A DNA stretch of 64,000 nt from a virus. Numbering within the stretch: position 1 is the first letter of the stretch; every line of letters begins with the position of its first letter. The stretch lies in the IMG/VR virus record IMGVR_UViG_3300025892_002699; one strand, given 5' to 3'. Positions 46,451 to 56,381 of the stretch are shown here, piece by piece. The notes beneath the pieces were generated by a model. It did not search any database. It saw nothing but the letters and a program-made list of their open reading frames with translations, and was not told where the DNA came from. Made by a program: the position numbers and the translations under genes.

Positions 46451-47933
46451 TATGGATAAGAAAATCATACCCACTGACAACCTAACTGAAAAGCAAAAAG
46501 ACTACGCAACATTTTTGCCAGCATTAAGCAGTTTTTATGCTAGGGATCTTGGTAAAGCAAGACATCAAGAAGACTATATAAAACCTGAAAGAGTGCCTCA
46601 AAACTTTGAACATGGTGTTGAAGGAATGAATTACATGAGTTCCAAAGACACTTATTTCTATTACAAGTGGCATCTATATTCGGCGGGTCATGCTGATTTA
46701 AACATGGATCATTTTTCTGTAAGAGATGATATAATCAGAAACAGAGACAGAAAAGACAATTGGGTATTAGGTGATTCAGGGGGATTTCAGATAGGTAAAG
46801 GTGTTTGGGAAGGCGATTGGAAAGATCCTAATTGCCCTAAAGCCAAAAAGAAACGTGAACAGGTGTTGGCGTTTATGGATGGTAACATGGACTATGGTAT
46901 GATATTGGATATACCTGCTTGGGTATCTCGTTCTCCTGCGGGTGCGGCGGCAAGTAAAATCAGTTCATATCAAGAAGCAGTTGATGGCACAAAAATTAAC
47001 AATGACTATTTTATGAAAAATCGTAATGGTAATTGTAAGTTCTTAAATGTATTACAAGGTGAAAACTTTCAACAAGCAGATGATTGGTACACACAGATGA
47101 AACACTATTGTGATCCTAAACAATTTCCTAGCACACATTTTAATGGTTGGGCAATGGGTGGTCAAAATATGTGTGATATACACTTGGCATTGAAACGTTT
47201 GGTTGCTTTGAGATTTGATGGATTATTGGAAAAGGGTGTGCATGATGTTATGCACTTCTTAGGTACAAGTAAATTAGAGTGGGCAGTGTTGCTGACAGAC
47301 GTTCAGAGAGCGATTAGAAAGTATCATAATGAGAACTTTATGATCACATTTGATTGTGCTTCACCGTTCCTAGCCAGTGCTAATGGACAAATTTATACAG
47401 ATATTGAAATTGAAGACAAAAAGAAATGGACTTATAGAATGCAACCTAGTGTTGACAACAAGGATTTTTCATCTGAAACAAAATTGTTTAGAGAGGCTGT
47501 GTTAGAAAAAGGCATCTTTAATAATTTCATGGACAGTGCAATCAGCAAAAGACTGATGCTGAAAGACATCACTTGTTACAAGCCAGGTGATCTAAACAAA
47601 ATGGGCAACGAAGGTAAAACTTCTTGGGATTCATTCAGTTACACATTACAAATGGCACACAATGTTTGGACACACATTTCAGCAGTACAAGAAGCAAATC
47701 GTCAATACGATGCAGGATTAAATCCTAAAATGTTAGTGGAAGAAAAATTTGACAGAGTTGCTTTTAAAGATATTGTGAATGCTGTGTTTGCCACAAGCAG
47801 TAGAGATGAAGCAAATGCAGTAGTAGAAGAGTTTTCCAGATTCTGGATGTCAATTATTGGCACTAGAGGAGCAACAGGTAAAAAGACTGTGAATGCAAGT
47901 ACACAGTTTTCTAACTTATTTGAGGAGGCATAA
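46443..47933 (+). CDS. dpdA: TGT-fold base-exchange transglycosylase (DpdA-like)
   Basis: GDSGGFQ, MILDIP, VLQG, HFLG, TFDCASP and HN motifs; no CxCxxC; same cluster as folE and queE. Confidence 0.78.
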   Translation: MDNMDKKIIPTDNLTEKQKDYATFLPALSSFYARDLGKARHQEDYIKPERVPQNFEHGVEGMNYMSSKDTYFYYKWHLYSAGHADLNMDHFSVRDDIIRNRDRKDNWVLGDSGGFQIGKGVWEGDWKDPNCPKAKKKREQVLAFMDGNMDYGMILDIPAWVSRSPAGAAASKISSYQEAVDGTKINNDYFMKNRNGNCKFLNVLQGENFQQADDWYTQMKHYCDPKQFPSTHFNGWAMGGQNMCDIHLALKRLVALRFDGLLEKGVHDVMHFLGTSKLEWAVLLTDVQRAIRKYHNENFMITFDCASPFLASANGQIYTDIEIEDKKKWTYRMQPSVDNKDFSSETKLFREAVLEKGIFNNFMDSAISKRLMLKDITCYKPGDLNKMGNEGKTSWDSFSYTLQMAHNVWTHISAVQEANRQYDAGLNPKMLVEEKFDRVAFKDIVNAVFATSSRDEANAVVEEFSRFWMSIIGTRGATGKKTVNASTQFSNLFEEA

Positions 47934-47934
47934 T

Positions 47935-48108
47935 ATGGTACAACCAAAAGAAAGTAAAACATCAAGACACTTTAAATTTAGTATAGCAAAGAGTGGAATA
48001 CGATTTGTTGGATACGGCTTAATGGCATTTTCTGGAATCAATATTATTGCGTTAGCAGGCATTTTGTTGATAGGTGCAGAGGTGTTAGGAATAATGGAGG
48101 AGATGTAA
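47935..48108 (+). CDS. Small membrane protein
   Basis: GAGGAGG SD; start corrected to 47935. Confidence 0.65.
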   Translation: MVQPKESKTSRHFKFSIAKSGIRFVGYGLMAFSGINIIALAGILLIGAEVLGIMEEM

Positions 48109-48109
48109 A

Positions 48110-48301
48110 ATGGCAAATAAAAGTAAAAAAGTAAAAGCAATAGAAAAAGAGTACCACTGGTACAAAGGCAAAGTAGATGAAATGGAATCTGAACGTTCAT
48201 ATGACAGATCATGGGACGGGAAAGAATTGCTTTTAAAATTTAAAAAAATGAAACTGTTTTTAAAAACACAGTTGAAGAAAATGCAGGAAACATTACAATA
48301 A
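48110..48301 (+). CDS. Hypothetical helical protein
   Basis: GGAGG SD; coupled to the next gene. Confidence 0.7.
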   Translation: MANKSKKVKAIEKEYHWYKGKVDEMESERSYDRSWDGKELLLKFKKMKLFLKTQLKKMQETLQ

Positions 48302-49212
48302 TGAAAAGTTTGGTTGTTGGGTTAGGGTTCGGACAGTTATACGTTGACATTCTAAAAAGAATGGGGCATGAAGTGATCACTGTTGATATAAATCCTGATG
48401 CTAATGGAGACTTTACTGAACTCACCACAGCCATAAGTGCTCATGCACCATTTGACACTGCTCATATTTGTGTGCCTAATCATTTGCATTACAAGACAGC
48501 ATTAAAATTAGCAGAACACACAAAGATTGTGTTTGTAGAAAAGCCAGGAGTTGAAACAATCAATCACTGGAGATTGCTTACGAACCTAAATAAGTCCACA
48601 AGATTTATGATGACAAAGAACAATCAATGGAGAAATAATATAAAAGATATCACAAAAAATTGTGAAGCAAGTGATTTGATACAGATTAATTGGGTTAATA
48701 AAAATAGAATTCCTGGACCAGGAACATGGTTTACAGATAAGAGCAAAGCATTTGGAGGAGTGAGCAGAGATCTATTACCTCACTTGATGAGTATAATGAT
48801 GTCTGTGAACAAGAACACTTATCAAGATTTTAAAGTTAAAAAATATCATACAGAGCAAAGATGGAACTTGTCGGATTGTACAGGTACAGATTATGGTGTT
48901 GTTAATGAAAATGGAGTTTATGATGTGGATGATTCAGCCACTATGGAATTGACAGATGGTAACAAAACCTATATACTGTATGCTAATTGGAAAAATAACT
49001 TACACGATGATATGGCTATACATTTTTACAAAGACGGAGAATCGCATTTAGAATCAATATCTTTAGGATTATGTCCAGAACAAGCATATGAAGAAATGAT
49101 TAAAAACAGTTTGATACATCTAGAAGATGATATGTTTTGGAACAACCAACTAGAACAAGATTTATACATACAGGAAAAAATTAATGACGAAAGTAAAGAT
49201 ATTATACACTGA
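48301..49212 (+). CDS. Gfo/Idh/MocA family oxidoreductase
   Basis: VVGLGFG Rossmann motif, ICVPNHLH and VEKP. Confidence 0.85.
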   Translation: MKSLVVGLGFGQLYVDILKRMGHEVITVDINPDANGDFTELTTAISAHAPFDTAHICVPNHLHYKTALKLAEHTKIVFVEKPGVETINHWRLLTNLNKSTRFMMTKNNQWRNNIKDITKNCEASDLIQINWVNKNRIPGPGTWFTDKSKAFGGVSRDLLPHLMSIMMSVNKNTYQDFKVKKYHTEQRWNLSDCTGTDYGVVNENGVYDVDDSATMELTDGNKTYILYANWKNNLHDDMAIHFYKDGESHLESISLGLCPEQAYEEMIKNSLIHLEDDMFWNNQLEQDLYIQEKINDESKDIIH

Positions 49213-50086
49213 AGGCAAAGGCGAATTCAAAGAAGGTGAATTTGATGTTCCCGATATCATGCCTAATCAAATAAGAGTAAAAAGTATTTTTACTGGCGTA
49301 TGTAGAAGCGATATTGATATGATGAACGGCGACTTTGGTCCACTTCCTATGAATATGCAAGGTCATGAAGGTTTAGGTGAAGTATTAGAAATAGGCAAGG
49401 ACGTAAAAGATGTCAACATTGGAGACTATGTTGCAACACGAGGCGAGCCTGCATATGCTGATCAGTACAATGCAGACATAGGAACTTATGTAAATGTTCC
49501 AGAGGCAGACCCTAAATACATTATAGAACCAGTTGCTTGTGGTTTGAATGTGGTAATGCAAGAAGAACATCAATTTGAAAAACGTAACAGTAAAGAATCA
49601 AGAATTGCTATTATAGGCAGTGGATTTTTAAGTTGGGTTGTGTATCAATATCTAAATGCAAATTATTTCTTTCAAATAGATGTAATAGGCAGTCATAACA
49701 AAGAACGTTGGGGCGATAATTTGAAAAACTCATTTGAAGGGACATACGACATTGTGATAGATTTAAACACAAGAGACGAAGTGTTTGTGAGAGATATCAT
49801 AAAACCACAAGGATTGATTGTGCTTGGAGCAGAAAAAACAAATAAAATCACAACATCATTCAGTAAACTGTTGTGGAATGCTGTTACAGTGATTTTTCCA
49901 AGTCCGAGACAAAAAGACTTTCATAGATGCATGAAGATGGCAGTAAACATGATTGAAAAAGGTGCTTTAAACATAGACAAATTTTGGAGCATGGGGTATG
50001 ATAGAAAAACTGAATGGCAAGATGCTTTTAAAGAAGGCAATCAAAGAATGCCAGGATACAGCAGAGGATACATAGAATGGCTTTAG
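49184..50086 (+). CDS. Zn-dependent medium-chain (sugar/polyol) dehydrogenase
   Basis: GVCRSD, GHEGLG, EPVAC and IIGSGF motifs. Confidence 0.85.
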   Translation: MTKVKILYTEGKGEFKEGEFDVPDIMPNQIRVKSIFTGVCRSDIDMMNGDFGPLPMNMQGHEGLGEVLEIGKDVKDVNIGDYVATRGEPAYADQYNADIGTYVNVPEADPKYIIEPVACGLNVVMQEEHQFEKRNSKESRIAIIGSGFLSWVVYQYLNANYFFQIDVIGSHNKERWGDNLKNSFEGTYDIVIDLNTRDEVFVRDIIKPQGLIVLGAEKTNKITTSFSKLLWNAVTVIFPSPRQKDFHRCMKMAVNMIEKGALNIDKFWSMGYDRKTEWQDAFKEGNQRMPGYSRGYIEWL

Positions 50087-50604
50087 ACACAGCAAAAAGA
50101 AAACAGGTAATATACTTCACAGGCACAGAGATTGAAAACACAATAGCAAAAGGCTGGCAAACATTGTTTGTGGTTGGTACACGTCCAGTAGATGAAATTG
50201 CAAAATTGGCAACACAACATAATGCAAAACACATTTACTTTGGAACAAGTCAAAGTTTTGTGATTAATACCCCAGAAGATTTGAAACCATGGCACGAAAT
50301 GATCCAGTCATTGTTAGACAAAGATTTTTGGGTTACACTTGATTTTGGTATAGAATATATGGAAACTGTTACAAGCACAGGTTTAATGAGTTATAAAAAG
50401 TTTATTCCAATGATAAGTGCCAAAATTCCCAACATCTACAAAGTAAATGGTAATGCTACTCTTAAAATAGATGATGTGACGTGGGGACATTCAAACACAG
50501 GTGTTTGGAGCAGGAATCTTAATGAAATTACAAAAGATATGCACTATACAGATTGGAAAGAATATGTGGGGGACACAGTAATTGACGTTGACACAGACGA
50601 ATAA
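50077..50604 (+). CDS. Hypothetical protein in the modification cluster
   Basis: Overlapping ORF; no motif recognised. Confidence 0.75.
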   Translation: MALDTAKRKQVIYFTGTEIENTIAKGWQTLFVVGTRPVDEIAKLATQHNAKHIYFGTSQSFVINTPEDLKPWHEMIQSLLDKDFWVTLDFGIEYMETVTSTGLMSYKKFIPMISAKIPNIYKVNGNATLKIDDVTWGHSNTGVWSRNLNEITKDMHYTDWKEYVGDTVIDVDTDE

Positions 50605-50616
50605 AATTGCTATAAT
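50588..50616 (+). promoter_or_regulatory. sigma70 promoter TTGACA-N17-TATAAT, leaderless geometry
   Basis: The -35 box lies inside the upstream CDS; the -10 box ends 5 nt before the ATG at 50622. Confidence 0.75.
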
Positions 50617-50621
50617 TAATT

Positions 50622-51005
50622 ATGAATAAAAAAACATTTATATGGGTAACATTTAAAAAAGAAGGCATTCATAAATATCCTGCGGCATTGGATGATCCAA
50701 AGTTAGCAACAGGTGATGAATATGATGTATCATTTTTAGGATATCCTCACAGACATATATTTCATTTTAAAGTAGAAATAGAAGTATTTCACGATGATCG
50801 AGACATCGAATTTATTCAATTCAAAAGATGGTTAGAAAAACTGTATGCAGAAAAAACTTTACAGTTAGATTATAAATCTTGCGAAATGATAAGTGATGAT
50901 CTATATGAAACAATTACTAAAAGATATCCAGGTAGAGAGATTATCATCAACGTTAGCGAAGATGGTGAGAATGGTAGTGAGACCATCTACCATGTTGAGG
51001 ACTAG
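50622..51005 (+). CDS. QueD-like T-fold protein (LxxxHRHxF motif; QueD or DpdL-type)
   Basis: FLGYPHRHIFHF and SCEMI motifs. Confidence 0.7.
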   Translation: MNKKTFIWVTFKKEGIHKYPAALDDPKLATGDEYDVSFLGYPHRHIFHFKVEIEVFHDDRDIEFIQFKRWLEKLYAEKTLQLDYKSCEMISDDLYETITKRYPGREIIINVSEDGENGSETIYHVED

Positions 51006-51008
51006 TCC

Positions 51009-51176
51009 TTGACATACGTGTTCGGCATTATTGCTTTTGTTTGTCTGATAGGGTATAGTATTACTATGCCTCATCCATTGACAGGCAATGGCAATGAAAT
51101 GCTGAGTGACATTTTCTTTATGTCATTCATAGCATTTGCCGGATTAAGTTTTATTTTTAATATGAAAGACCAATGA
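51009..51176 (+). CDS. Small two-TM protein (TTG start), not in the ORF track
   Basis: GAGG SD at 50997-51000; ATGA overlap with the glycosyltransferase. Confidence 0.55.
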   Translation: MTYVFGIIAFVCLIGYSITMPHPLTGNGNEMLSDIFFMSFIAFAGLSFIFNMKDQ

Positions 51177-52249
51177 CAGTTTATATTGTAGATTTAGAAG
51201 CAGTTGACACAAGGTACACGAAAGAGTGGAAGTACAATCTTCCTAAACAACTCAAACGTGCTACTAATTCAGATGTTGTATCTATCAGTGGTGGCGATAC
51301 TCCACAAGCAACTACACCTGGAGCATTTTTAAACTTTGGTGGTACTAATGTTTACAAAGCCAATCAAATGCAACAAATAGGTAAACTGTTCTGCGATGGC
51401 AAAATAAAAGATGGCGATTACTTCTTGTACACAGACGCATGGAATCCAACAGTACTACAATTGAAGTATATGGCAGAACTGTTAAAAGTAAAAATTAAAA
51501 TAGGTGGTATGTGGCACGCCGGTTCATATGATCCACAAGACTTCTTAGGTAGACTGATTGGAGATAAACCTTGGGTAAGAAACACAGAACAGGCAATGTT
51601 TGATGTGTTTGATAATAATTTTTATGCCACAGACTTTCATATTGATTTATTCTGTGAAACATTTACAAAAGCAGAACAGTATGTAGGTTTAAATGCTCCA
51701 AAAGGTAACAAGGTATGTAGAGTAGGTTGGCCCATGGAGTACATGGAACACACTTTGGATATATATCAGAACATGGATAAGAAAAATATTATTCTTTTTC
51801 CGCACAGATTGGCTCCTGAAAAGCAACCTGCTATATTTCAAGATTTAAAAAATTCTTTACCACAATATGAATTTATTACGTGTCAAGAAAAGCCTTTAAC
51901 TAAAAATGAATATCACAACTTAATAGGTCAAGCAAAATTAATGTTCTCTGCTAATTTACAGGAAACATTAGGTATCAGTTGGTATGAAGGTGCTATACTT
52001 GGAGTTATTCCAATGATGCCTGATAGATTGAGTTATAAAGAAATGGCACTAAATGAATTCTTATATCCAAGCGATTGGACCGAGAATATGGAAACTTACA
52101 AAAAAAATAAAAAACAGTTAATGGCAAAGATTGAAGACTACATGGAAAATTATTCAAAATATGCTCCTGCTGTTTTAAAACAAAAAACAAAACTGAGAGA
52201 TCAATATTTTTCAGGTAACAAACTATATGGAGTAGTATCAAATGGCTAA
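51173..52249 (+). CDS. GT-B fold glycosyltransferase
   Basis: IILFPHRLAPEK and QETLGISWYEG (GT4-like ExxGxxxxE) motifs. Confidence 0.78.
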   Translation: MTVYIVDLEAVDTRYTKEWKYNLPKQLKRATNSDVVSISGGDTPQATTPGAFLNFGGTNVYKANQMQQIGKLFCDGKIKDGDYFLYTDAWNPTVLQLKYMAELLKVKIKIGGMWHAGSYDPQDFLGRLIGDKPWVRNTEQAMFDVFDNNFYATDFHIDLFCETFTKAEQYVGLNAPKGNKVCRVGWPMEYMEHTLDIYQNMDKKNIILFPHRLAPEKQPAIFQDLKNSLPQYEFITCQEKPLTKNEYHNLIGQAKLMFSANLQETLGISWYEGAILGVIPMMPDRLSYKEMALNEFLYPSDWTENMETYKKNKKQLMAKIEDYMENYSKYAPAVLKQKTKLRDQYFSGNKLYGVVSNG

Positions 52250-52805
52250 AAAAGGTTTATCATCACCAGTACCACAAAATCATCTAGCATCTAATGGTGT
52301 GTATGTTTTAATGGAAGAAATTACAATGGAGTCTTGTAGAAATTGTTTAACTTGGATTATGAATCATAATCTAGCAGAAACAAGACTTCCACAATTAACT
52401 TTAATTATTAATTCACCAGGTGGCGATGTTCACGCCGCATTTGCATTAATTGACACAATGAAAGCAAGTACTATACCAATTAAAACTGTGGGATTAGGAT
52501 TAATTGCTTCGTGTGGATTTTTATTATTCATAGCAGGGAAAAAAGGTTCAAGAATATTAACACCTAACACTGCAATACTATCACACCAATACAGTTGGGG
52601 CAGTGCAGGAAAAGAACATGAACTGTATGCAAGAGTAAAAGAGTTTGAATTGAGTACAAACAGAATGATTGAACACTACAAAAAATGTATTGGTATGAGC
52701 GAGAAGCAAATAAGAGAAATTTTACTTCCACCGCAAGACGTTTGGTTATCTGCCAAAGAAGCAAAGAGACTTAAAATTTGTGACAAAGTAGAAGAGTTAT
52801 ACTAA
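52242..52805 (+). CDS. clpP: ClpP-like protease subunit
   Basis: INSPGG; catalytic Ser in IASCG, His in LSHQ and Asp in QDVWLSA. Confidence 0.85.
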   Translation: MAKKGLSSPVPQNHLASNGVYVLMEEITMESCRNCLTWIMNHNLAETRLPQLTLIINSPGGDVHAAFALIDTMKASTIPIKTVGLGLIASCGFLLFIAGKKGSRILTPNTAILSHQYSWGSAGKEHELYARVKEFELSTNRMIEHYKKCIGMSEKQIREILLPPQDVWLSAKEAKRLKICDKVEELY

Positions 52806-53209
52806 TGCGTGAAGACTTGATGGTGCAACAACAAGTTTCAAACACTTGGCAACACATGGTGGGTGTTATTTGCTTGAATCAAACTAATCGTAAACAAGTC
52901 AAAGCAGTACTGCCTAAACTGTTTAAAAAATGGGCAACACATACAGAACTTCTCAGTTCTGCAAACATTTCTGATCTTGAGAAAATACTCAAGCCATTAG
53001 GAATGCAAAAAAAGAAAGCAGAAAGAATATACAGAATGAGTCAACAATTTAGCGGTTGGAACGGTGATGATGCCACAGAGTTATACGGCATAGGCAAATA
53101 CGGTTCAGACAGTTATAGATTGTTTTATAAAAATGAAGTACCAACGAATGTTGGTGATCATGAACTTAACAGATATATCATAGAGGAGTTAAATTTATAT
53201 GGCGAGTAA
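52805..53209 (+). CDS. MBD4-like HhH DNA glycosylase (stand-alone catalytic domain)
   Basis: LNQT, KPLG, ELYGIGKYGSDSYRLF and DHELNRY closely follow the MBD4 glycosylase signature. Confidence 0.8.
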   Translation: MREDLMVQQQVSNTWQHMVGVICLNQTNRKQVKAVLPKLFKKWATHTELLSSANISDLEKILKPLGMQKKKAERIYRMSQQFSGWNGDDATELYGIGKYGSDSYRLFYKNEVPTNVGDHELNRYIIEELNLYGE

Positions 53210-53585
53210 AAAAGATAAAGACGAAGTTAAAGAAGTATGGAGTGTGAGTGAAGATTCAATTACAGGAGGTTGGGCACCACAGGCAGAAAATTATACAGTT
53301 TCTTATGAAACAGAACCTATGGGAGTAACACATGGCACATTAGATTCCACGTATTCAGGACCAATTGACTTTGGAGCAGATGCAGGTAAAGGGTTTGAAA
53401 ATATGACATTTAAGGATTACTTACCTGGGAAACCTTTTGAAGATACAGTACCAACTTTAGAAACTATAGATAAAGTATGTGAAGATTATCCTTCATTACA
53501 AATAGCATACGAAAAGTTTAAGAACGTTTGGAGAATCTGTTACACAGATTACTGTTCTAAAAACCCAGATGAGGAGAACTATTAA
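53199..53585 (+). CDS. Hypothetical acidic protein
   Basis: Coupled ORF. Confidence 0.7.
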   Translation: MASKKDKDEVKEVWSVSEDSITGGWAPQAENYTVSYETEPMGVTHGTLDSTYSGPIDFGADAGKGFENMTFKDYLPGKPFEDTVPTLETIDKVCEDYPSLQIAYEKFKNVWRICYTDYCSKNPDEENY

Positions 53586-54034
53586 TGGACAATAAAGTTT
53601 ATTTTACAATGATACAGATTCGAAACGGTATGGATAAAATCTGTGAGCAAATGGGTAAAGATGGATTTGAACCTGACCTTGTTATGGGTATTAACAGAGG
53701 TGGATGTATTCCGGGTGTGTATATGAGTCATCGATTACATATACCACATGAAGCATTGGATGTTAGATTGAGAGATCATAAAGCAAAACCAGATTTACGT
53801 AATCTAGAAAAAGCCTATGCATTTCAAAAAAAAATATTGATAATAGACGACATCAATGATTCTGGTAATACATTCAAATTCATTCGTGAAAATTTTGGTG
53901 GAGAAGATAGAGTAAAAACAGCCGCAATCATACACAATGAGCCAAGCAAGTTTGACACATTAGATTATTGGTGCTATAATATAAACAAAGAGGAAAATCC
54001 GCAGTGGATTGTATTTCCTTGGGAACAGTGGTAA
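53585..54034 (+). CDS. Type I phosphoribosyltransferase (purine PRT-like)
   Basis: GINRGG, ILIIDDINDSGNT and WIVFPWE motifs. Confidence 0.87.
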   Translation: MDNKVYFTMIQIRNGMDKICEQMGKDGFEPDLVMGINRGGCIPGVYMSHRLHIPHEALDVRLRDHKAKPDLRNLEKAYAFQKKILIIDDINDSGNTFKFIRENFGGEDRVKTAAIIHNEPSKFDTLDYWCYNINKEENPQWIVFPWEQW

Positions 54035-54417
54035 TGATAAAAGTAGACACATTAGAAAAAGCAAGAGAAGATGGCAGAGCACCTTGGACAGACGTTGTGT
54101 ATGATTTTAAAGATATGATGTGGTACAATGACGGATATCCAGTTACAGAAGGACATTCTTTGATAGTGCCTAAAGAAGCAACACAAGAAAGACTTATTAG
54201 ATGTGTTGAACTTGCAATTAAAATAGGCAATGATAATGTTGCCAAAGGTGTTGTTGACGGATACAATGTTGGGATCAATGTTGGTGAAGCGGCAGGACAA
54301 ACTGTGATGTATCCACACGTTCATCTTATTCCTAGGAAAAAAGGTGATTGTGAAAATCCCAAAGGTGGTGTAAGGAATGTTATACCAGGCAAAGGGGATT
54401 ACACAAAAAATGAATAA
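54034..54417 (+). CDS. HIT family nucleotide hydrolase
   Basis: GHSLIVPK and GQTVMYPHVHLIPR (first triad His replaced by Tyr); start corrected to 54034. Confidence 0.85.
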   Translation: MIKVDTLEKAREDGRAPWTDVVYDFKDMMWYNDGYPVTEGHSLIVPKEATQERLIRCVELAIKIGNDNVAKGVVDGYNVGINVGEAAGQTVMYPHVHLIPRKKGDCENPKGGVRNVIPGKGDYTKNE

Positions 54418-54976
54418 TGAACCATTTATCAAAGTTTATGATGATTTAATACCTGCTTATTTGCAAGATCATCTTGAGTTGATTACATTAGGTGTTAAGA
54501 GCAAAGGTGAAGAGTTTATTGACCCCAGTGTTGATTTTAAATGCAAATATGAAATAACTGCTAAAGAAACAAATCAACCGCCATTAAGTTTTGTACATTT
54601 GCTTAAATCACATACATCGATCAGTAAACACCTTGACAATTTCGGAATGGTGGCTCAGGCTTTGTGCAATGTAAATGATTTAATATTGCAAAATATTATG
54701 TTAGCAAGAGTGTTTATCACAGTGCCACACCAAACAGATTTAAAACATTATGCACCTCACATTGATATAGAAGTTGAACACATGGTTGTGATTTATTTTA
54801 TTAATGATGCTGATGGTGACACAGTATTTTTTGACAATGATGGAAAAATTATAAAATCAGTTGAACCAAGAAAAGGTAGAGCAATTATCTTTGATGGTAA
54901 AATAAAGCATGGAGGCGGTATTCCTAAAAACGGCCCACGTTGTATTGCAAACTTTGATTTAAAGGTAAAACAATGA
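54410..54976 (+). CDS. 2OG-Fe(II) oxygenase
   Basis: PHID (HxD), GDTVF, distal His in KH, and RCIANF; start corrected to 54410. Confidence 0.8.
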   Translation: MNNEPFIKVYDDLIPAYLQDHLELITLGVKSKGEEFIDPSVDFKCKYEITAKETNQPPLSFVHLLKSHTSISKHLDNFGMVAQALCNVNDLILQNIMLARVFITVPHQTDLKHYAPHIDIEVEHMVVIYFINDADGDTVFFDNDGKIIKSVEPRKGRAIIFDGKIKHGGGIPKNGPRCIANFDLKVKQ

Positions 54977-55791
54977 GTAGAACACTTTTTATAGGCGATA
55001 GCCACACAGTAGGATATAAGACTATTGAAGGTCAGATTGGACCTGGCAGTTTTACATTCTGGAACGATAATAATTACGCAGTAAAATATTCTGAAATACA
55101 TGAAAAGGATATCGTAATTTATGCTCAACCAGGAGCAACCAATAACTTATATACAACCTGGTTGGCTAATATGTTTTCTAAATACAATGATATAGATGAA
55201 GTGTTTATTTGTTTGGCTCCGTTGAATAGAATTGAATTAAGTTTCGATCCAAACTTAGAATATGAAGCAGGTCCGTTAGATCAATTTACATATGAACATC
55301 CGGAATCAACTGAGAATGTTAGAAAATTTTCTGATCAACCTATTGCTGGAAGCACTGTGCAGATATTACAGAAGCCTGTGGGAGATGATTATAAAAAAAT
55401 ACCAAGTATTGGCTTTTCAGCAGAACAAGGATTGACTTCACCTGATTTGAGAAAAGACTCTTATATGTCTGTAAAACTATTTTATGAATGTAACACAATA
55501 ATAGAAAAAAGAGAATTTCTTAAAAATATGTATATGTGGGATAAGATGTGTACAGAAAACAACACAAAGTTGTATGTGTTTAATTTTAGATCCAGAGGCG
55601 TATGGCCCAGTGAAACAGATTATTTTGGTAAGATTGATACCATGAAAAGAGCCAACCAGAGTGTGGAACAACATCTAAATACATTAGGGCACAAAGCAGA
55701 AGATTATTTTATTGAAGACAAAGAACATTTTAATAATCAATATCATAATTTAATAGCAACAGAATATTTGAAATGGCTAAAAGAATATTAA
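54973..55791 (+). CDS. SGNH/GDSL-like protein
   Basis: FIGDSH and C-terminal DKEH (DxxH). Confidence 0.65.
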   Translation: MSRTLFIGDSHTVGYKTIEGQIGPGSFTFWNDNNYAVKYSEIHEKDIVIYAQPGATNNLYTTWLANMFSKYNDIDEVFICLAPLNRIELSFDPNLEYEAGPLDQFTYEHPESTENVRKFSDQPIAGSTVQILQKPVGDDYKKIPSIGFSAEQGLTSPDLRKDSYMSVKLFYECNTIIEKREFLKNMYMWDKMCTENNTKLYVFNFRSRGVWPSETDYFGKIDTMKRANQSVEQHLNTLGHKAEDYFIEDKEHFNNQYHNLIATEYLKWLKEY

Positions 55792-56381
55792 TAGCAGGCG
55801 ACAGTTTTGGTTGTGAATGGCCCAACGGTGAAGGCATTGGATGGCCTTTGATTCTATCTGAAACCCATGCTGTAAACAACGTGGCTCAGGCTGGAGTGGG
55901 AGAATACAAAATATTAAAACAACTGCACGATTTAAGTGCCCGTGATTCTTATTGGGTAAACAATTACGATTGCGTGATTGTGTGTCATACAAGTCCTAGC
56001 AGAATACACACACCCAAACATCCTGTACACAAACAAGGTTTACATGCAGATTGTGATTTAATATATTCAGACATTACCAACAAGTTTGATTGGTTCAATC
56101 CTAGATTGAAAACTGCGAAAAATTGGTTTTATCATCATTATGACGATGACTACCAAAAAGATCTATATCAAATATTACGTGAAGAAATAAACAGATATGT
56201 TACAATTCCATATTTGGCTGTGGATAATTTTAGTATCAGTAACCAATTTGCTAAAGAAACACACACATTGGATTTAACAGATATTTGGCCCGAACACCGA
56301 GGCGAAGTCAATCACTATACCAAAGAAGGCAACCAAATTGTACTTAAACAAATCATTGACAAATTGGATAAAATTTGTTAA
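55773..56381 (+). CDS. SGNH/GDSL-like protein
   Basis: IAGDSF, NVAQAG and VNHY motifs. Confidence 0.65.
   Translation: MAKRILIAGDSFGCEWPNGEGIGWPLILSETHAVNNVAQAGVGEYKILKQLHDLSARDSYWVNNYDCVIVCHTSPSRIHTPKHPVHKQGLHADCDLIYSDITNKFDWFNPRLKTAKNWFYHHYDDDYQKDLYQILREEINRYVTIPYLAVDNFSISNQFAKETHTLDLTDIWPEHRGEVNHYTKEGNQIVLKQIIDKLDKIC

Noticed and set aside
51009-51014. TTGACA as a -35 box
   Set aside because: There is no -10 box at 16-18 nt. It is better explained as the TTG start of a small membrane ORF.
29713-56227. Additional DnaA-box matches TGTGGATAA at 29713 and 56219
   Set aside because: Both are isolated and inside coding sequence, as expected by chance.
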